A stretch of DNA of 44,416 bases from Eudoraea sp. (GTDB lineage Bacteria; Bacteroidota; Bacteroidia; Flavobacteriales; Flavobacteriaceae): assembly GCA_035312365.1 (NCBI GenBank), contig DATGCB010000401.1, positions 1 to 44,416 on the forward strand. The letters are read 5' to 3'. Below are positions 1-11,458 of the stretch, piece by piece. The notes below the pieces were generated by a model. It saw nothing but the letters and a program-made list of their open reading frames with translations. It did no database searches and was not told the origin of the DNA. The first letter of the stretch is position 1. The number at the start of each line of letters is the position of its first letter. Both the position numbers and the translations under genes were made by a program.

Positions 1-46
1 ATTAAATAGTAATGGCGCTACCGCGGTAGCGCCATTACTATTTAAT
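1..46. repeat. Perfect 46-bp palindrome at the window edge
   Basis: ATTAAATAGTAATGGCGCTACCG|CGGTAGCGCCATTACTATTTAAT is its own reverse complement, with no loop. Confidence 0.9.
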
Positions 47-88
47 ACGCCCTGCCACGGGATTCCTTATGGCAGGGCGTGTTTTATT
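47..88. terminator. Intrinsic terminator-like hairpin just downstream of the M61 peptidase gene
   Basis: ACGCCCTGCCA (47-57) pairs with TGGCAGGGCGT (70-80); followed by GTTTTATT on +. Confidence 0.6.
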
Positions 89-92
89 ATAA

Positions 93-1961
93 TCATCCCT
101 TCATCCAGGCTTTCCTAAGGTCCATTTGTTCGGCACTCGCCCCTTCATCAGGTACAATGACCTGTACGCTGACCATGGGAGTACCTACTTTTCCGGATAA
201 GGTGAGTTCTTCTTCCCCCCGTTGCACCACCATCGTAATTTCTGTTTCCGGTGTCCATCCAAAACTCTGACCAATAATGGGCCGGATGGCCTCAAGATCA
301 ATAGGTGTTCCGTTGATACTCTTGATCACATCTCCCCCCTGAGCCTCCAGACCCCTGAAAAAAGTATTTAATTCTATTCCCTCCCTCACAAAGATAGCAT
401 TGTCATTGGACTGGTCCACATCGATAAAGGGAACCTCTCCACGCAGAAAGTAGCCGCTCTGTTGTTCTTCTGAAGTACTGACCAGGCCAACTTTGGACAA
501 ATATTGATTATAGTCTATAGGGGTATCCCCAATAACATGGTCATTAAAAAACGTCCTTACCTCGGGATAGGTCATTGCCACAATTTCGTCAATCAGCTTC
601 TCATCCTCAAAAGGTGTGTGATTGCCGTACTTCTTGGAAAGCTCCTTCATCAGCCACAACACACCCTTTTCACCGCCACTTAGGTTTCTCAGTGTAATGT
701 CGAGCGCCATATTGATCAAGGCTCCTTTTTCATAGACATTGGCATAGTTATCCTTATACGGCTCCACTAAAATATTCTTGCTCATGGTTGTAAATGACAT
801 GGCATCATCAAAGGATTTTGAATTACTGATTTTATCAATGATACGTTCGTAAAATTCAGGCTCCTCGATCAGGCCCTGTTGAATTTGAAACAGGTTAGCA
901 AAATATTCGGTGGTTCCCTCATACATCCACAAATGGCCTGACATTTTTGGATCATTGAAATCAAAAAATTGAATTTCTTTGGAGTGTATGTTCAGGGGGG
1001 TTACTATATGAAAGAATTCATGGGAAACAACATCTACCATCGCCTGCTCCAAACGTTCTTTAGGCAGTTGTTCGGGCAGTACGACGACCGTGGAGGTATG
1101 ATGCTCCAATGCACCAAATCCTGCTGCATCGGTTTCTTCCAGGGTAGAAAGGTAAAGGAGAATATTATATTCCCTGGTACCATCTATATCCCCGAGAAAC
1201 GCTTTTTGAGCCCCCATCATCTTCTCCATACGTTCCTTTAGATCGTTGGCGGAATAGATGCCATTCGGAGAATATACACTTAAAGTTACGGTAATATCAT
1301 TGATCTTAAAAGATGCGGCTTTCGCCTTGTTGTACAGGATAGGATTATCAATAACATCAAAATACCTGCCGGCAAGAAACGTATCCACACCGGGATCGGC
1401 GGATTCTGATTTTATTACCAGAGATGTGGTGGCCGTCAAATTCGCCGGAGCAATGACATTTAATTCGTAGGGTATTTCCTTTAATCCCTCAAAATACCCT
1501 ACAAAACCGTGTAAGTTGAGCATATAATTTTCCCCTTTCAGAATATTGGTGCCGGCAGGGGAGAATACCGCGTCGTTTACTTCAGATTCCGTATCATAGG
1601 TGTCATTTACATAATAAGATATCCTGTCCAGGTTTTTACCGTTCAAAATATTCCATGTGTTATCGTTGGCTTTGACTACAGCCAGTTCGTTTCCATTGTA
1701 ATCAAAGGCCTTAAGTCCCTCAATATATTTGCCGTAGTTGTCGGCACTATAAGTACCCGGAACCGTCTTGGGGATGAAAAAGGAAACCTGGTCCGTCGTA
1801 AAAGCTCCTGGGTCTATGGACACCAATACCTTATCATCCACTACATCCACCAGGTCTATGGTGGTGGCAATCGGGGCCTTATCGGCCGAAACCAAAGCCT
1901 TCCCGGCGCCACAACTGTAAAACAACATTCCAAAAAGAAAAAGTACTGCCAGATTTTTCAT
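93..1961 (-). CDS. M61 family (glycyl aminopeptidase-like) zinc metallopeptidase, lipoprotein, with PDZ-like C-terminus
   Basis: Lipobox FYSC; PKTVPGTY N-terminal motif; GALEH, HEFFH zinc motif, LWMYEGTTEY, VYEKG. Confidence 0.9.
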   Translation of the reverse strand: MKNLAVLFLFGMLFYSCGAGKALVSADKAPIATTIDLVDVVDDKVLVSIDPGAFTTDQVSFFIPKTVPGTYSADNYGKYIEGLKAFDYNGNELAVVKANDNTWNILNGKNLDRISYYVNDTYDTESEVNDAVFSPAGTNILKGENYMLNLHGFVGYFEGLKEIPYELNVIAPANLTATTSLVIKSESADPGVDTFLAGRYFDVIDNPILYNKAKAASFKINDITVTLSVYSPNGIYSANDLKERMEKMMGAQKAFLGDIDGTREYNILLYLSTLEETDAAGFGALEHHTSTVVVLPEQLPKERLEQAMVDVVSHEFFHIVTPLNIHSKEIQFFDFNDPKMSGHLWMYEGTTEYFANLFQIQQGLIEEPEFYERIIDKISNSKSFDDAMSFTTMSKNILVEPYKDNYANVYEKGALINMALDITLRNLSGGEKGVLWLMKELSKKYGNHTPFEDEKLIDEIVAMTYPEVRTFFNDHVIGDTPIDYNQYLSKVGLVSTSEEQQSGYFLRGEVPFIDVDQSNDNAIFVREGIELNTFFRGLEAQGGDVIKSINGTPIDLEAIRPIIGQSFGWTPETEITMVVQRGEEELTLSGKVGTPMVSVQVIVPDEGASAEQMDLRKAWMKG

Positions 1962-2085
1962 TATTTGCTTCTTATTTATTTTGGCACAAGGATATTAAAA
2001 TTTCTGAACCTAAGCATGCATATTTGCAAATAATTAGGAACCTCGTTAAACTTAATAACGGGCCTTACCCATAAATTATTTTGAT

Positions 2086-2093
2086 TATTTTTG
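2086..2093 (+). promoter_or_regulatory. Bacteroidota -7 promoter element for pyrH
   Basis: TATTTTTG matches TAnnTTTG, 23 nt before the ATG. Confidence 0.55.
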
Positions 2094-2116
2094 TTCGGAT
2101 ATAACCAAAGGACACC

Positions 2117-2824
2117 ATGCAGTATAAAAGAATACTATTAAAACTCAGCGGTGAAGCCCTGATGGGTGACATGCAATACGGAATAGATCCCGATCGACTT
2201 GCCAGGTATGCCGATGAGATTAAAGAAGTAGTGGACAAAGGTGTTCAGGTTGCTATTGTCATTGGTGGAGGAAATATATTCAGGGGGGTTGCAGGTGCAA
2301 GCAAGGGAATGGATCGCGTTCAGGGAGATCATATGGGTATGCTCGCTACGGTGATCAATGGCCTTGCTCTTCAAAGTGCCCTTGAAGTCAAAGGGGTTCA
2401 AACCCGCCTTCAATCTGCCATCATGATCAATGAGGTCGCAGAACCCTTTATAAGAAGGCGTGCAATGCGCCACCTGGAAAAAGGCAGGGTTGTGATCTTC
2501 GGAGGGGGTACCGGAAACCCATATTTTACCACGGACTCAGCCGCGGTATTGCGGGCCATAGAAGTGGAGGCCGATGTGATATTAAAGGGTACCAGGGTAG
2601 ATGGCATATATACCAGTGACCCTGAAAAAGATAAATCGGCTACTAAATTTGATACTATTTCGTTCAAAGACGTACTTATCAAAGGGTTGAAGGTGATGGA
2701 TACCACCGCATTTACCTTAAGTCAGGAAAATAAACTTCCCATTGTGGTCTTTGACATGAATAAAAAGGGAAACCTGATGAAATTGGTTTCGGGTGAAAAT
2801 ATCGGTACCGTAGTTAATCTGTAA
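2117..2824 (+). CDS. pyrH: UMP kinase
   Basis: [34 protein letters not shown] motifs; adjacent to frr. Confidence 0.98.
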   Translation: MQYKRILLKLSGEALMGDMQYGIDPDRLARYADEIKEVVDKGVQVAIVIGGGNIFRGVAGASKGMDRVQGDHMGMLATVINGLALQSALEVKGVQTRLQSAIMINEVAEPFIRRRAMRHLEKGRVVIFGGGTGNPYFTTDSAAVLRAIEVEADVILKGTRVDGIYTSDPEKDKSATKFDTISFKDVLIKGLKVMDTTAFTLSQENKLPIVVFDMNKKGNLMKLVSGENIGTVVNL

Positions 2825-2873
2825 TTTTGGTATTATTGGTATCATTTGTGTTAAACTGATTTAAAGCTCTACT

Positions 2874-3428
2874 ATGAACGAAGACATTAAATTTATATTG
2901 GAAACTACGAAGGAGGGAATGGAACACGCTATCACCCATTTAGAAAAGGAATTCATTAAGATACGTGCCGGCAGGGCAAATCCTTCAATGCTTTCTTCTG
3001 TTATGGTGGATTATTACGGTTCCCAAACGCCATTGGCCCAGGTTTCCAACATCAACACCCCGGATGCACGGACGATTTCTGTTCAGCCCTGGGAAAAAAA
3101 CCTTTTAGGAGAAATTGAAACGGCTATCATGAATGCCAACCTGGGATTTAATCCCATGAATAACGGAGAAATGATTATTATCAATGTGCCGCCCTTAACT
3201 GAAGAGCGCAGGGTACAATTGGTAAAGCAGGCCAAAGCCGAAGCTGAAGATGCCAAGGTAGGCGTAAGGAATGCACGGCAGGATGCGAAGAAAGAAATAC
3301 GGGATTTGGATATTTCCGAGGACCTGCAAAAAAATGCAGAAGTTGATGTTCAGGACCTGACCGATTCCTATACCAAAAAGATCGATGCCTTCCTTGCCAC
3401 AAAGGAAGCTGAGATTATGAAAGTCTAA
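2874..3428 (+). CDS. frr: Ribosome recycling factor
   Basis: IRAGRA, VDYYG, PPLTEERR motifs; follows pyrH. Confidence 0.98.
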   Translation: MNEDIKFILETTKEGMEHAITHLEKEFIKIRAGRANPSMLSSVMVDYYGSQTPLAQVSNINTPDARTISVQPWEKNLLGEIETAIMNANLGFNPMNNGEMIIINVPPLTEERRVQLVKQAKAEAEDAKVGVRNARQDAKKEIRDLDISEDLQKNAEVDVQDLTDSYTKKIDAFLATKEAEIMKV

Positions 3429-3476
3429 ACGAAAAGCACTCGATATGGAAAGAGGATGCTGTACGTGTTTCGCTTT

Positions 3477-3944
3477 TTATTCTTCCAGAACATACCAATC
3501 AATATTCGCAAGATTCTCTCGTCTCCCTTTGTCCGTTGGCGTGTAATGTGTTGCAAGGTAGTTGACGATAATCGGCTCCTCTTCACCCAGGTCCCATAAA
3601 TTCTGAGATTCCTGCATCCATCGAATTGTCGCAACCCAGCCTTCCCTGCTCATTCTGTTTTGTGTTACCAGCTGTGCAGAATGACACCCCGTGCAATTGT
3701 TGACAGTTTCCATTAATCCTACACCCTCTGCGAATCCCGTACGCAGATGAATCCCGTTTTCAATCCGATCCGGATCTTCCTCCGGAATACTGGAATACCC
3801 GTTTTCCGTGTCATTGATCTCCTTCACAGGAGCCGCCATAAAGTAGACAGCTGCGATGGCCGCTACCAAAACAATAGCGCATACTACGATTAATATCCGA
3901 TAAACTGCCCGCTCCCTGCGCCAAAACCGTTTGTGATCCGTCAT
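3477..3944 (-). CDS. Membrane-anchored monoheme c-type cytochrome (SorB-like partner of the sulfite oxidase)
   Basis: N-terminal TM helix, heme motif CTGCH, W..TIRWMQ segment with probable Met ligand; 3 nt downstream of the molybdoenzyme gene. Confidence 0.8.
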   Translation of the reverse strand: MTDHKRFWRRERAVYRILIVVCAIVLVAAIAAVYFMAAPVKEINDTENGYSSIPEEDPDRIENGIHLRTGFAEGVGLMETVNNCTGCHSAQLVTQNRMSREGWVATIRWMQESQNLWDLGEEEPIIVNYLATHYTPTDKGRRENLANIDWYVLEE

Positions 3945-3947
3945 TAT

Positions 3948-5168
3948 CTAAATCATTTTAATTGCAATACGGTGACAGGCATTATTAAGATATCCCTTGG
4001 GATTCCAGCCAGGTAACACCATTGGCTGTGCTCTCCCCAGGCTGTCGGTGGCCCGTGCCCATACTTCGTAATATCCCTTTTTTGGAAAGGAGATCTCTGC
4101 CGTAAAGTGTTGCCATGCCAGCCGGTTTGCGGGTTTATCCAGGGCACATTGCATCCATGACGTTCCAAAATCAATGGAATATTCCATCTTTGAAACCTCC
4201 AATTCCCCGGCCCACGCATGACCGTTGATCCTCAGTTTTTTCCCATGGTCAAGAAGGGCCCCGGATTTCGGAAAAGTGACCAGGGATTTTACCGGCATGC
4301 TTTCTATGATACACATGTCTTCATCCTTCACTTCGGAGCCAGGCGCTACAGGTTCGCAGGGAACCCGGTACGAAGAACCCGTCATTTTAGGCCCGTCATG
4401 GACTATATTTCGCACACTGACCCGTTGAACCCACTTGCCGGATGCTGAGGCCGGCCATCCTCCGGCAACCAGGCGCAACGGATACCCATGAACCCTGGGT
4501 ATGTCTTTGTCATTCATCTTAAAGGCCAGCAATGTTTCTTCCTGCAGGGCCTTTTGTATGGGCACCCCCCTGGAGATAGGTTCCTTGGTCGGATCCCTGC
4601 TTAAATGGACATCGGCGGAATGGTAACCTACGTATACTGCATTGTCCTTAATACCCGCATCTTTCAGTACATCTCTTAATCGCACACCCGTCCAGTTTGC
4701 ACATGAAACCGCCCCTATCGTCCATTGATTTCCTTTTGCGGGCGGATTAAACTCACTTCGTCCGTTCCCACCACATTCCAAAGTGAGTTGGTAAGTGTAT
4801 TGTTTAAATCCGGATTTTAAATCCTCAAGGGAGTACACCTTTTTTTGTTCAACAGCCTCCCCGTCGATCGTCAAAGTCCACCGGGAACCGTCTATATTTT
4901 CCGGTATCAGTCCATTGTTCCGTATAAACATGTATTTGTTAGGTGTGACCCGGTCATTCAGCAAATGTGCCCTCGCTTCCAGGTTCCAGGGCCTGTTATT
5001 CAGGACAACCATCCCCCGGTCCTTTTCGAACAGTTCAAAAGGGTCTTCCTCCTGAAATGCAAGGGGCAGATATCCCTCGGGCATCAGCGCTCCAAATACA
5101 AGTTCAACGCCTAAAGCACTGCATATACCGCTTAAAACAGTATTCCTTACAAACTTTCTTCTCTTCAA
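3948..5168 (-). CDS. Sulfite oxidase family molybdopterin enzyme (SorA/SorT-like), Tat-exported
   Basis: KRRKF twin-arginine signal; FIRNNG, LECGGNGR (Mo-ligating Cys), WTGVRL, HGYPLRL; C-terminal dimerisation domain; TTG start. Confidence 0.9.
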   Translation of the reverse strand: MKRRKFVRNTVLSGICSALGVELVFGALMPEGYLPLAFQEEDPFELFEKDRGMVVLNNRPWNLEARAHLLNDRVTPNKYMFIRNNGLIPENIDGSRWTLTIDGEAVEQKKVYSLEDLKSGFKQYTYQLTLECGGNGRSEFNPPAKGNQWTIGAVSCANWTGVRLRDVLKDAGIKDNAVYVGYHSADVHLSRDPTKEPISRGVPIQKALQEETLLAFKMNDKDIPRVHGYPLRLVAGGWPASASGKWVQRVSVRNIVHDGPKMTGSSYRVPCEPVAPGSEVKDEDMCIIESMPVKSLVTFPKSGALLDHGKKLRINGHAWAGELEVSKMEYSIDFGTSWMQCALDKPANRLAWQHFTAEISFPKKGYYEVWARATDSLGRAQPMVLPGWNPKGYLNNACHRIAIKMI

Positions 5169-5318
5169 AATGGCCTTTTTGTTTCCGTCCCTAAAATACG
5201 CAATTTATCCGCATAGGTTAGCGCTTCCTGGGCAGGAAATAGCCCGCTACTATTTAAACCGTGCTTGTTAGGAACAGTGCCCTGCGTTTTTTACCTTTGC
5301 TGCCGACAAAAATGCACC

Positions 5319-7718
5319 ATGGTTGCCAAGCTAACTGAAGGTTTTTGGGCCAAAACAGCCAGGATCATTCTCAGAAACAGAATTTTGATCCTTGTTATAA
5401 TTGCCGTCGTTACCGTTTTCCTTGCTTTTCAATGGGATAAAATGCGGTTCTCGAATTCGGAGGCTAACCTACTGCCAGATGACCATCCCATAAACCTGGA
5501 ATACAATGCTTTCCTGGAGTTGTTTGGCGAAGAAGGGAACGCCGTGGTCCTTGCCATACGCGACAGCGCCCTTTTCCGTCCTGAAAATTTTAACCGTTGG
5601 AATACGCTGAGTAAACAATTGGATGCTTTCCCCGAAGTGGATTTTGTCATCTCCACGGACAACCTGCAGGAACTGGTCAAGGATAATGAAAAACAAGAAT
5701 TTATATTGCAGCCGTTCATCTCCGCTGCCCCGGAGACAAGGCAGCAGGTAGATAGCCTTACCACACATTTGTTCAACGACCTTCCTTTTTACGACAAATT
5801 GCTTTATAACAGTAAAAGCAAAACCATCAGGACCGTTGTATACCTGGATAAAGATCTGGTGAATACCTCGGTCAGGAAAGATTTTATTCTTCAGGACCTC
5901 ACCAATCTGGTGAATGAATTTGAGGCGGAAACCAAACTGGATGTTCGTATTTCCGGAATGCCCTATATCCGGACGATGAACTCTCAAAACATCATAGATG
6001 AAATCGGGAAATTTATACTGGCTGCCCTGGGGGTAACCTCCCTGATCTTTTTCTTTTTCTTCAGGAGTTTGCGGGCCACTTTTATCTCTATGTTTGTAGT
6101 GATCATAGGCGTTATGTGGGCCTTTGGTGTTTTGGGGCTGCTCCAATACGAAATTACCGTACTCACTGCATTGATCCCGCCTCTGATTATTGTTATTGGA
6201 GTCCCCAACTGTATCTTCCTGATTAACAAATACCAGCAGGAAGTTAAAAAACACGGCAATCAGGCCCTTTCATTGCAGCGGGTTATTTCAAAGATCGGGA
6301 ACGCCACCCTGATGACCAACGTAACCACTGCCTCGGGATTTGCGACCTTTATAATCACCGATAGCAAGTTGCTAACCGAGTTTGGCATTGTCGCTTCCAT
6401 CAATATCATCGGTATATTTATTCTGTCCTTGTTGATCATACCTATCGTCTATAGTTTTATGCCCCTGCCCAAGACGAAACACCTGAAGCACCTGAACAAA
6501 AAATGGATCGATGCTTTCGTCAATTGGATGGAACGGATCGTAAAGGAAAGGCGGATATCTGTTTATGCCTTGTCGGTACTCCTGTTGGTAGTAAGTATTA
6601 TCGGCATTTATCAGATCGATATTTCGGGTAGTCCCATTGAAGACATGCCCAAGAAAGCACAATTCTTTAAGGATATCCGATTTTTTGAACAGGAGTTCGA
6701 TGGCATTATGCCGGTGGAGATCGTTGTTGATACGGAACGCAAAAAGGGGGTGCTAAGGCCGGCTACCCTAAGAAGAATAAATGAGTTGAGTGATATTATT
6801 GAGGAAACCCCCGAACTTTCGAAGCCTGTTTCCGTGGTCAACCTCATAAAATATTCCAAGCAGGCATTTTATAACGGAATCCCGAAATACTATCAACTAC
6901 CTACGGCCCAGGAGAATAATTTTATTATGGATGTGGCCAGAAAGTCGAAGGACAATGGTAGCCTCCTCAAAAGTTTTGTCGATACTACCGGCCAGGTGGC
7001 CCGGATCACTACGTTCATGCGGGATGTCAGGACAGATCGTATGGAACAAATAAAAGATCGCCTCCAGGAAAATATAGTCAAGATTTTTCCTGCGGACCGC
7101 TATAAAGTATATATGACAGGTAAGGCATTGTTATTCCTTGAAGGAACTAAATATTTGGTAAAAAACCTGGTCCTTTCCCTTACACTCGCCATCGGACTTA
7201 TTGCCCTGTTTATGGCCTATTTGTTCCGTTCCTTTCGAATGATCGTGATTTCCCTGATCCCAAACTTACTGCCATTGGTGGTCACTGCCGGGGTAATGGG
7301 CTTTGTCGGGGTACCGATTAAACCCTCTACCATTTTGGTCTTCAGCGTTGCCTTTGGGATTTCTGTGGATGATACTATACATTTTCTGGCGAAGTACAGG
7401 CAGGAACTGATTGCCAATAAATGGCGGATCCAAAAGTCGGTCTATGCGGCATTGCGAGAAACCGGAGTTAGCATGTTCTATACGTCCATTGTCCTTTTCT
7501 TTGGGTTTTCGGTCTTTGTTATCTCCAATTTTGGCGGTACTGTAGCCCTGGGTGCCCTGGTTTCAGCAACTTTGCTCTTTGCAATGCTGGCCAACCTCAT
7601 CCTGTTGCCTTCACTGCTGATCTCCCTGGAAAGGAGCATTGCCAATAAGGCGGTATTAAAAGAACCACAAATAGATATTCTTCCAAAAGATGAACTTCCG
7701 CCAGCGAGCAAAGCGTAG
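5319..7718 (+). CDS. MMPL/RND superfamily transporter
   Basis: Two repeats of 1 TM + periplasmic domain + 5 TM; GISVDDTIH motif. Start moved from 5265 to ATG 5319 because a TACCTTTG promoter box lies at 5292-5299. Confidence 0.88.
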   Translation: MVAKLTEGFWAKTARIILRNRILILVIIAVVTVFLAFQWDKMRFSNSEANLLPDDHPINLEYNAFLELFGEEGNAVVLAIRDSALFRPENFNRWNTLSKQLDAFPEVDFVISTDNLQELVKDNEKQEFILQPFISAAPETRQQVDSLTTHLFNDLPFYDKLLYNSKSKTIRTVVYLDKDLVNTSVRKDFILQDLTNLVNEFEAETKLDVRISGMPYIRTMNSQNIIDEIGKFILAALGVTSLIFFFFFRSLRATFISMFVVIIGVMWAFGVLGLLQYEITVLTALIPPLIIVIGVPNCIFLINKYQQEVKKHGNQALSLQRVISKIGNATLMTNVTTASGFATFIITDSKLLTEFGIVASINIIGIFILSLLIIPIVYSFMPLPKTKHLKHLNKKWIDAFVNWMERIVKERRISVYALSVLLLVVSIIGIYQIDISGSPIEDMPKKAQFFKDIRFFEQEFDGIMPVEIVVDTERKKGVLRPATLRRINELSDIIEETPELSKPVSVVNLIKYSKQAFYNGIPKYYQLPTAQENNFIMDVARKSKDNGSLLKSFVDTTGQVARITTFMRDVRTDRMEQIKDRLQENIVKIFPADRYKVYMTGKALLFLEGTKYLVKNLVLSLTLAIGLIALFMAYLFRSFRMIVISLIPNLLPLVVTAGVMGFVGVPIKPSTILVFSVAFGISVDDTIHFLAKYRQELIANKWRIQKSVYAALRETGVSMFYTSIVLFFGFSVFVISNFGGTVALGALVSATLLFAMLANLILLPSLLISLERSIANKAVLKEPQIDILPKDELPPASKA

Positions 7719-7813
7719 ACAGGAAATGGCCCCAATTCATTTATATACTTCTTACGCCCTATAGTTTTTACCAAAAAGTTATCTTTGCGGTTCATATTCA
7801 GCACCGATTCCAA

Positions 7814-9247
7814 ATGAAATTATACAGTGTGAAAAAGCTGATCGAGTCGCCACCGCTGCTTCAGGAAGTAACGGTAAACGGGTGGGTCAGGACCTTTAGA
7901 AGCAAGCGTTTTATTGCCCTGAATGACGGATCTACCTTGAATACCATTCAGTGTGTGGTCGACTATGAAAAGTTTGATGAAGCTTTGCTCAGGCAAGTAT
8001 CAACCGGGGCAGCCATACGGGTTACCGGGACCGTTGTAGAAAGTCAGGGTCAGGGACAACAACTGGAAATTCAGGTGAGTGACCTCTTAATACACGGAGC
8101 CGCCGATCCCGAAACCTATCCCATTCAGCCTAAAAAGCATTCCATGGAGTTTTTAAGGGAGCACGCCCATTTACGTATTCGCACCAACACTTTTGCAGCT
8201 GTGATGAGGGTGCGTTCTGCGCTCGCCTTTGGGATCCACCAATATTTTCAGAACAATGGCTTCTACTATTTTCATGCGCCTGTTATCACAGGATCCGATG
8301 CGGAAGGTGCTGGGGAAATGTTTAGGGTTACCACCCTTGACGACAAAAATCCGCCCCTGAATGATGCTGGGGGGGTTGACTATAAATCTGACTTTTTCGG
8401 CAAGGAAACCAATCTAACGGTGTCCGGACAACTGGAGGCGGAAGCTTATGCCATGGGGCTTGGAAAAGTCTATACCTTTGGTCCAACCTTCAGGGCGGAA
8501 AATTCCAATACCTCGAGGCACCTTGCGGAGTTTTGGATGATAGAACCAGAGATGGCCTTTTACGACCTGGATGCCAATATGGATTTAGCCGAGGATTTTA
8601 TAAAGAGCATCATCCGGTATTTACTGGACAACTGCATGGAGGATCTTGCTTTTCTTGAAAAGCGACTGCTGGATGAAGAGAAAACCAAACCGCAAACTGA
8701 GCGCAGTGATATGGCCCTGATCGAAAAATTAAAGTTTGTCACAGACAATAATTTTATCAGAGTCTCCTATACCGAGGCCATTGACATATTGAGAAACAGC
8801 AAGCCAAACAAAAAGAAAAAGTTTCAATTCCCTATAGACGAATGGGGAACGGATCTCCAGAGTGAGCACGAGCGATTTTTGGTGGAAAAGCACTTTAAAT
8901 GCCCGGTGATCCTTTTTGATTACCCGGCAAGCATCAAGGCCTTCTATATGCGGTTAAATGAGGATGGTAAAACAGTCAGGGCGATGGATATTCTATTCCC
9001 CGGAATCGGCGAAATTGTAGGCGGCTCTCAACGTGAGGAACGCCTTGAAGTATTGAGGGACAAGATAAAAGCTCTGGAAATTGATGAAAAGGAACTTTGG
9101 TGGTATACCGACCTCCGAAAATTTGGAACCGCGGTACACAGTGGCTTCGGGCTAGGGTTTGAACGCATGGTTCAGTTCGTAACGGGGATGGGTAATATCA
9201 GGGATGTAATTCCATTTCCAAGAACTCCCCAGAATGCCGAATTTTAA
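7814..9247 (+). CDS. asnS: Asparagine--tRNA ligase
   Basis: GWVRT OB-fold, [43 protein letters not shown]; TATCTTTG box at 7780-7787. Confidence 0.97.
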   Translation: MKLYSVKKLIESPPLLQEVTVNGWVRTFRSKRFIALNDGSTLNTIQCVVDYEKFDEALLRQVSTGAAIRVTGTVVESQGQGQQLEIQVSDLLIHGAADPETYPIQPKKHSMEFLREHAHLRIRTNTFAAVMRVRSALAFGIHQYFQNNGFYYFHAPVITGSDAEGAGEMFRVTTLDDKNPPLNDAGGVDYKSDFFGKETNLTVSGQLEAEAYAMGLGKVYTFGPTFRAENSNTSRHLAEFWMIEPEMAFYDLDANMDLAEDFIKSIIRYLLDNCMEDLAFLEKRLLDEEKTKPQTERSDMALIEKLKFVTDNNFIRVSYTEAIDILRNSKPNKKKKFQFPIDEWGTDLQSEHERFLVEKHFKCPVILFDYPASIKAFYMRLNEDGKTVRAMDILFPGIGEIVGGSQREERLEVLRDKIKALEIDEKELWWYTDLRKFGTAVHSGFGLGFERMVQFVTGMGNIRDVIPFPRTPQNAEF

Positions 9248-9290
9248 ATTGGAATGTTTAACTTTATATGGCGAGTAGAATAGGTCCCGT

Positions 9291-10751
9291 ATGCTAAAAC
9301 AACACTTACAGTTTAAATTATCGCAAAAGCTCTCTCCTCAACAAATTCAATTGATGAAATTGATTCAATTGCCTACTCAGGCCTTTGAACAACGGTTAAA
9401 TCAGGAGTTGGAGGAAAACCCGGCTCTGGAAAGTGGAAAAGAGGAAATCAATTCCATGGATGAAGTGTTTGAGGATACGGATTATGAAGGGGATAGCGAT
9501 AATGAGGCCATCAGTACGGAAGATATAAATATTGATGATTACCTAAGTGATGATGAGGTACCGGATTACAGGACCAGGGCAAACAATTACAGTGCGGACG
9601 ACGATGAAAAAAGCATCCCTTACGCCTCGGGTATCTCCTTTAACCAATACCTTCTCAACCAGCTCAATACTGAGTACCTGAGCGATGAGGAATGGGCCAT
9701 TGCCGAATTCCTTGTCGGCAGCGTTGATGAAAGCGGCTATTTAAGGCGACCCATTTCCGACATTATGGATGACCTTGCTTTCACACAGAACATCTATGTA
9801 GAGGCAAAGACGATAGAAAGAATCCTGAAAACGGTCCAGGATATGGATCCGCCGGGGGTTGCGGCCAGATCCCTGGGAGAATGTCTTATGATCCAACTGA
9901 AGCGGAAGGAACGGCAGCCCTCCGTGGTATTAGCAATTAATATCCTTGAAAAATCCTTCGATCAGTTTACCAAAAAACACTATAAAAAACTGATCCAGAA
10001 GCACAATGTCAGTGAGCAGGAACTCAGGGATGCGATTGCGGAAATTGAAAAATTAAACCCCAAACCCGGAGGCTCCTATTCCGGAAGCAACAGGATCATT
10101 GAACATATTGTCCCGGATTTTGCCATCAGGATCATGGAGGGGGAACTGGAGCTAACACTTAACGGCAGGAATGCCCCTGAATTACATATTTCACGGGAGT
10201 ATAACAATATGCTGGAAGGTTATAAAAATGCCAAGGACCGATCCAAATCCCAAAAGGATGCCGTGTTATTTATCAAACAAAAATTAGATGCCGCAAAATG
10301 GTTTATTGATGCCATAAAGCAGCGTCAGCAAACACTTTTCATCACCATGAATGCCATTATGCAGTATCAGAAGGAGTATTTCCTGACCGGAGATGAACGA
10401 AAACTGCGGCCTATGATCCTTAAGGATATTGCAGATACCATTAATATGGATGTTTCTACGGTCTCGAGGGTGGCGAATAGCAAGTATGTGGACACGCCTT
10501 ATGGCACAAAATTAATCAAGGAATACTTTTCCGAATCCATGAAGAATGAACAGGGAGAAGATGTCTCTACCAGGGAAATAAAGAAAATCCTTGAAACCGT
10601 TATCGGAGAGGAACATAAGGAAAAACCGCTAACAGATGACAGGCTCGCATCACTTCTAAAAGACAAAGGGTATCCCATTGCGCGGCGTACAGTGGCCAAG
10701 TACAGGGAACAATTGGGTATCCCGGTCGCGCGGCTGAGAAAACAGATATGA
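9291..10751 (+). CDS. rpoN: RNA polymerase sigma-54 factor
   Basis: Gln/Leu-rich region I, DPPGVAAR, STVSR HTH, RpoN box ARRTVAKYRE. Confidence 0.97.
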   Translation: MLKQHLQFKLSQKLSPQQIQLMKLIQLPTQAFEQRLNQELEENPALESGKEEINSMDEVFEDTDYEGDSDNEAISTEDINIDDYLSDDEVPDYRTRANNYSADDDEKSIPYASGISFNQYLLNQLNTEYLSDEEWAIAEFLVGSVDESGYLRRPISDIMDDLAFTQNIYVEAKTIERILKTVQDMDPPGVAARSLGECLMIQLKRKERQPSVVLAINILEKSFDQFTKKHYKKLIQKHNVSEQELRDAIAEIEKLNPKPGGSYSGSNRIIEHIVPDFAIRIMEGELELTLNGRNAPELHISREYNNMLEGYKNAKDRSKSQKDAVLFIKQKLDAAKWFIDAIKQRQQTLFITMNAIMQYQKEYFLTGDERKLRPMILKDIADTINMDVSTVSRVANSKYVDTPYGTKLIKEYFSESMKNEQGEDVSTREIKKILETVIGEEHKEKPLTDDRLASLLKDKGYPIARRTVAKYREQLGIPVARLRKQI

Positions 10752-11356
10752 TGCGGCTGTTTCTCAAAATAATCTCTTACATATTTCATCCCCTTTTAAT
10801 TCCATTCGCCGGCACCGTTACCTATTTTTTAGTGACCCCCAAATACAGCCCGCTTGAACTACAAAGCGGAAACATCCTCCCCATCTTTATTTTAACCGTA
10901 ATCATTCCAATCATCAGCTTTTTTATCCTGAGAAATTTAGGCATCGTTACCTCCGTTTTTCTTCCAGACAAGGGGGAACGCAAGTATCCTTTAATGATCA
11001 GTATTACGCTGTTGTTTATGGTACTTATAAAGGTAATTCCCAACAACTATATTGTAGAACTCTATTATTTTTTTATAGGGCTTATAGCCGCTTCTTTTGC
11101 CTGTCTCCTTATGATCTTCATCAATTTAAAATGCAGTTTACACCTTATGGGCATGGGCAGTCTCCTGATGTTTCTCATCAGTTTAAGCATACATTTTGAG
11201 ATCAACATTACCATTGCCATCAGCCTATGGACGCTGGTCACGGGCCTTGTTGCTACCTCCAGACTTTACCTGAATGCACATAGCAGGACCGAGGTACTCG
11301 TTGGTTTTCTAATCGGGTTTACCTCACAGTTGCTCACCATTAGGTTTTGGATGTAA
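10748..11356 (+). CDS. Conserved multi-pass membrane protein (possibly PAP2-like)
   Basis: About 6 hydrophobic helices, SYIFHPL, KCSLH, SRL..NAH; ATGA overlap with the rpoN stop. Confidence 0.75.
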   Translation: MMRLFLKIISYIFHPLLIPFAGTVTYFLVTPKYSPLELQSGNILPIFILTVIIPIISFFILRNLGIVTSVFLPDKGERKYPLMISITLLFMVLIKVIPNNYIVELYYFFIGLIAASFACLLMIFINLKCSLHLMGMGSLLMFLISLSIHFEINITIAISLWTLVTGLVATSRLYLNAHSRTEVLVGFLIGFTSQLLTIRFWM

Positions 11357-11458
11357 TTCACTCTCGATGCCGGCCGTAAGATTTCCAAATAGTCTTTGAT
11401 ATGGTTATGCTCTATATCTCAGCCGGGTTGAAGCGCAGCTGCCAGTCACCATATCCTC

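Noticed and set aside
5240-5258. TAGCCCGCTACTATTTAA resembles the right arm of the 1-46 palindrome
   Set aside because: Only 10 contiguous AT-rich bases (TACTATTTAA) are shared; consistent with chance
5469-6254. 261-aa antisense ORF; likewise 18339-19007, 23608-24363, 26107-26676, 30563-31363 and 36766-37500
   Set aside because: Each lies wholly opposite a well-supported gene and has no recognisable motifs; typical shadow ORFs
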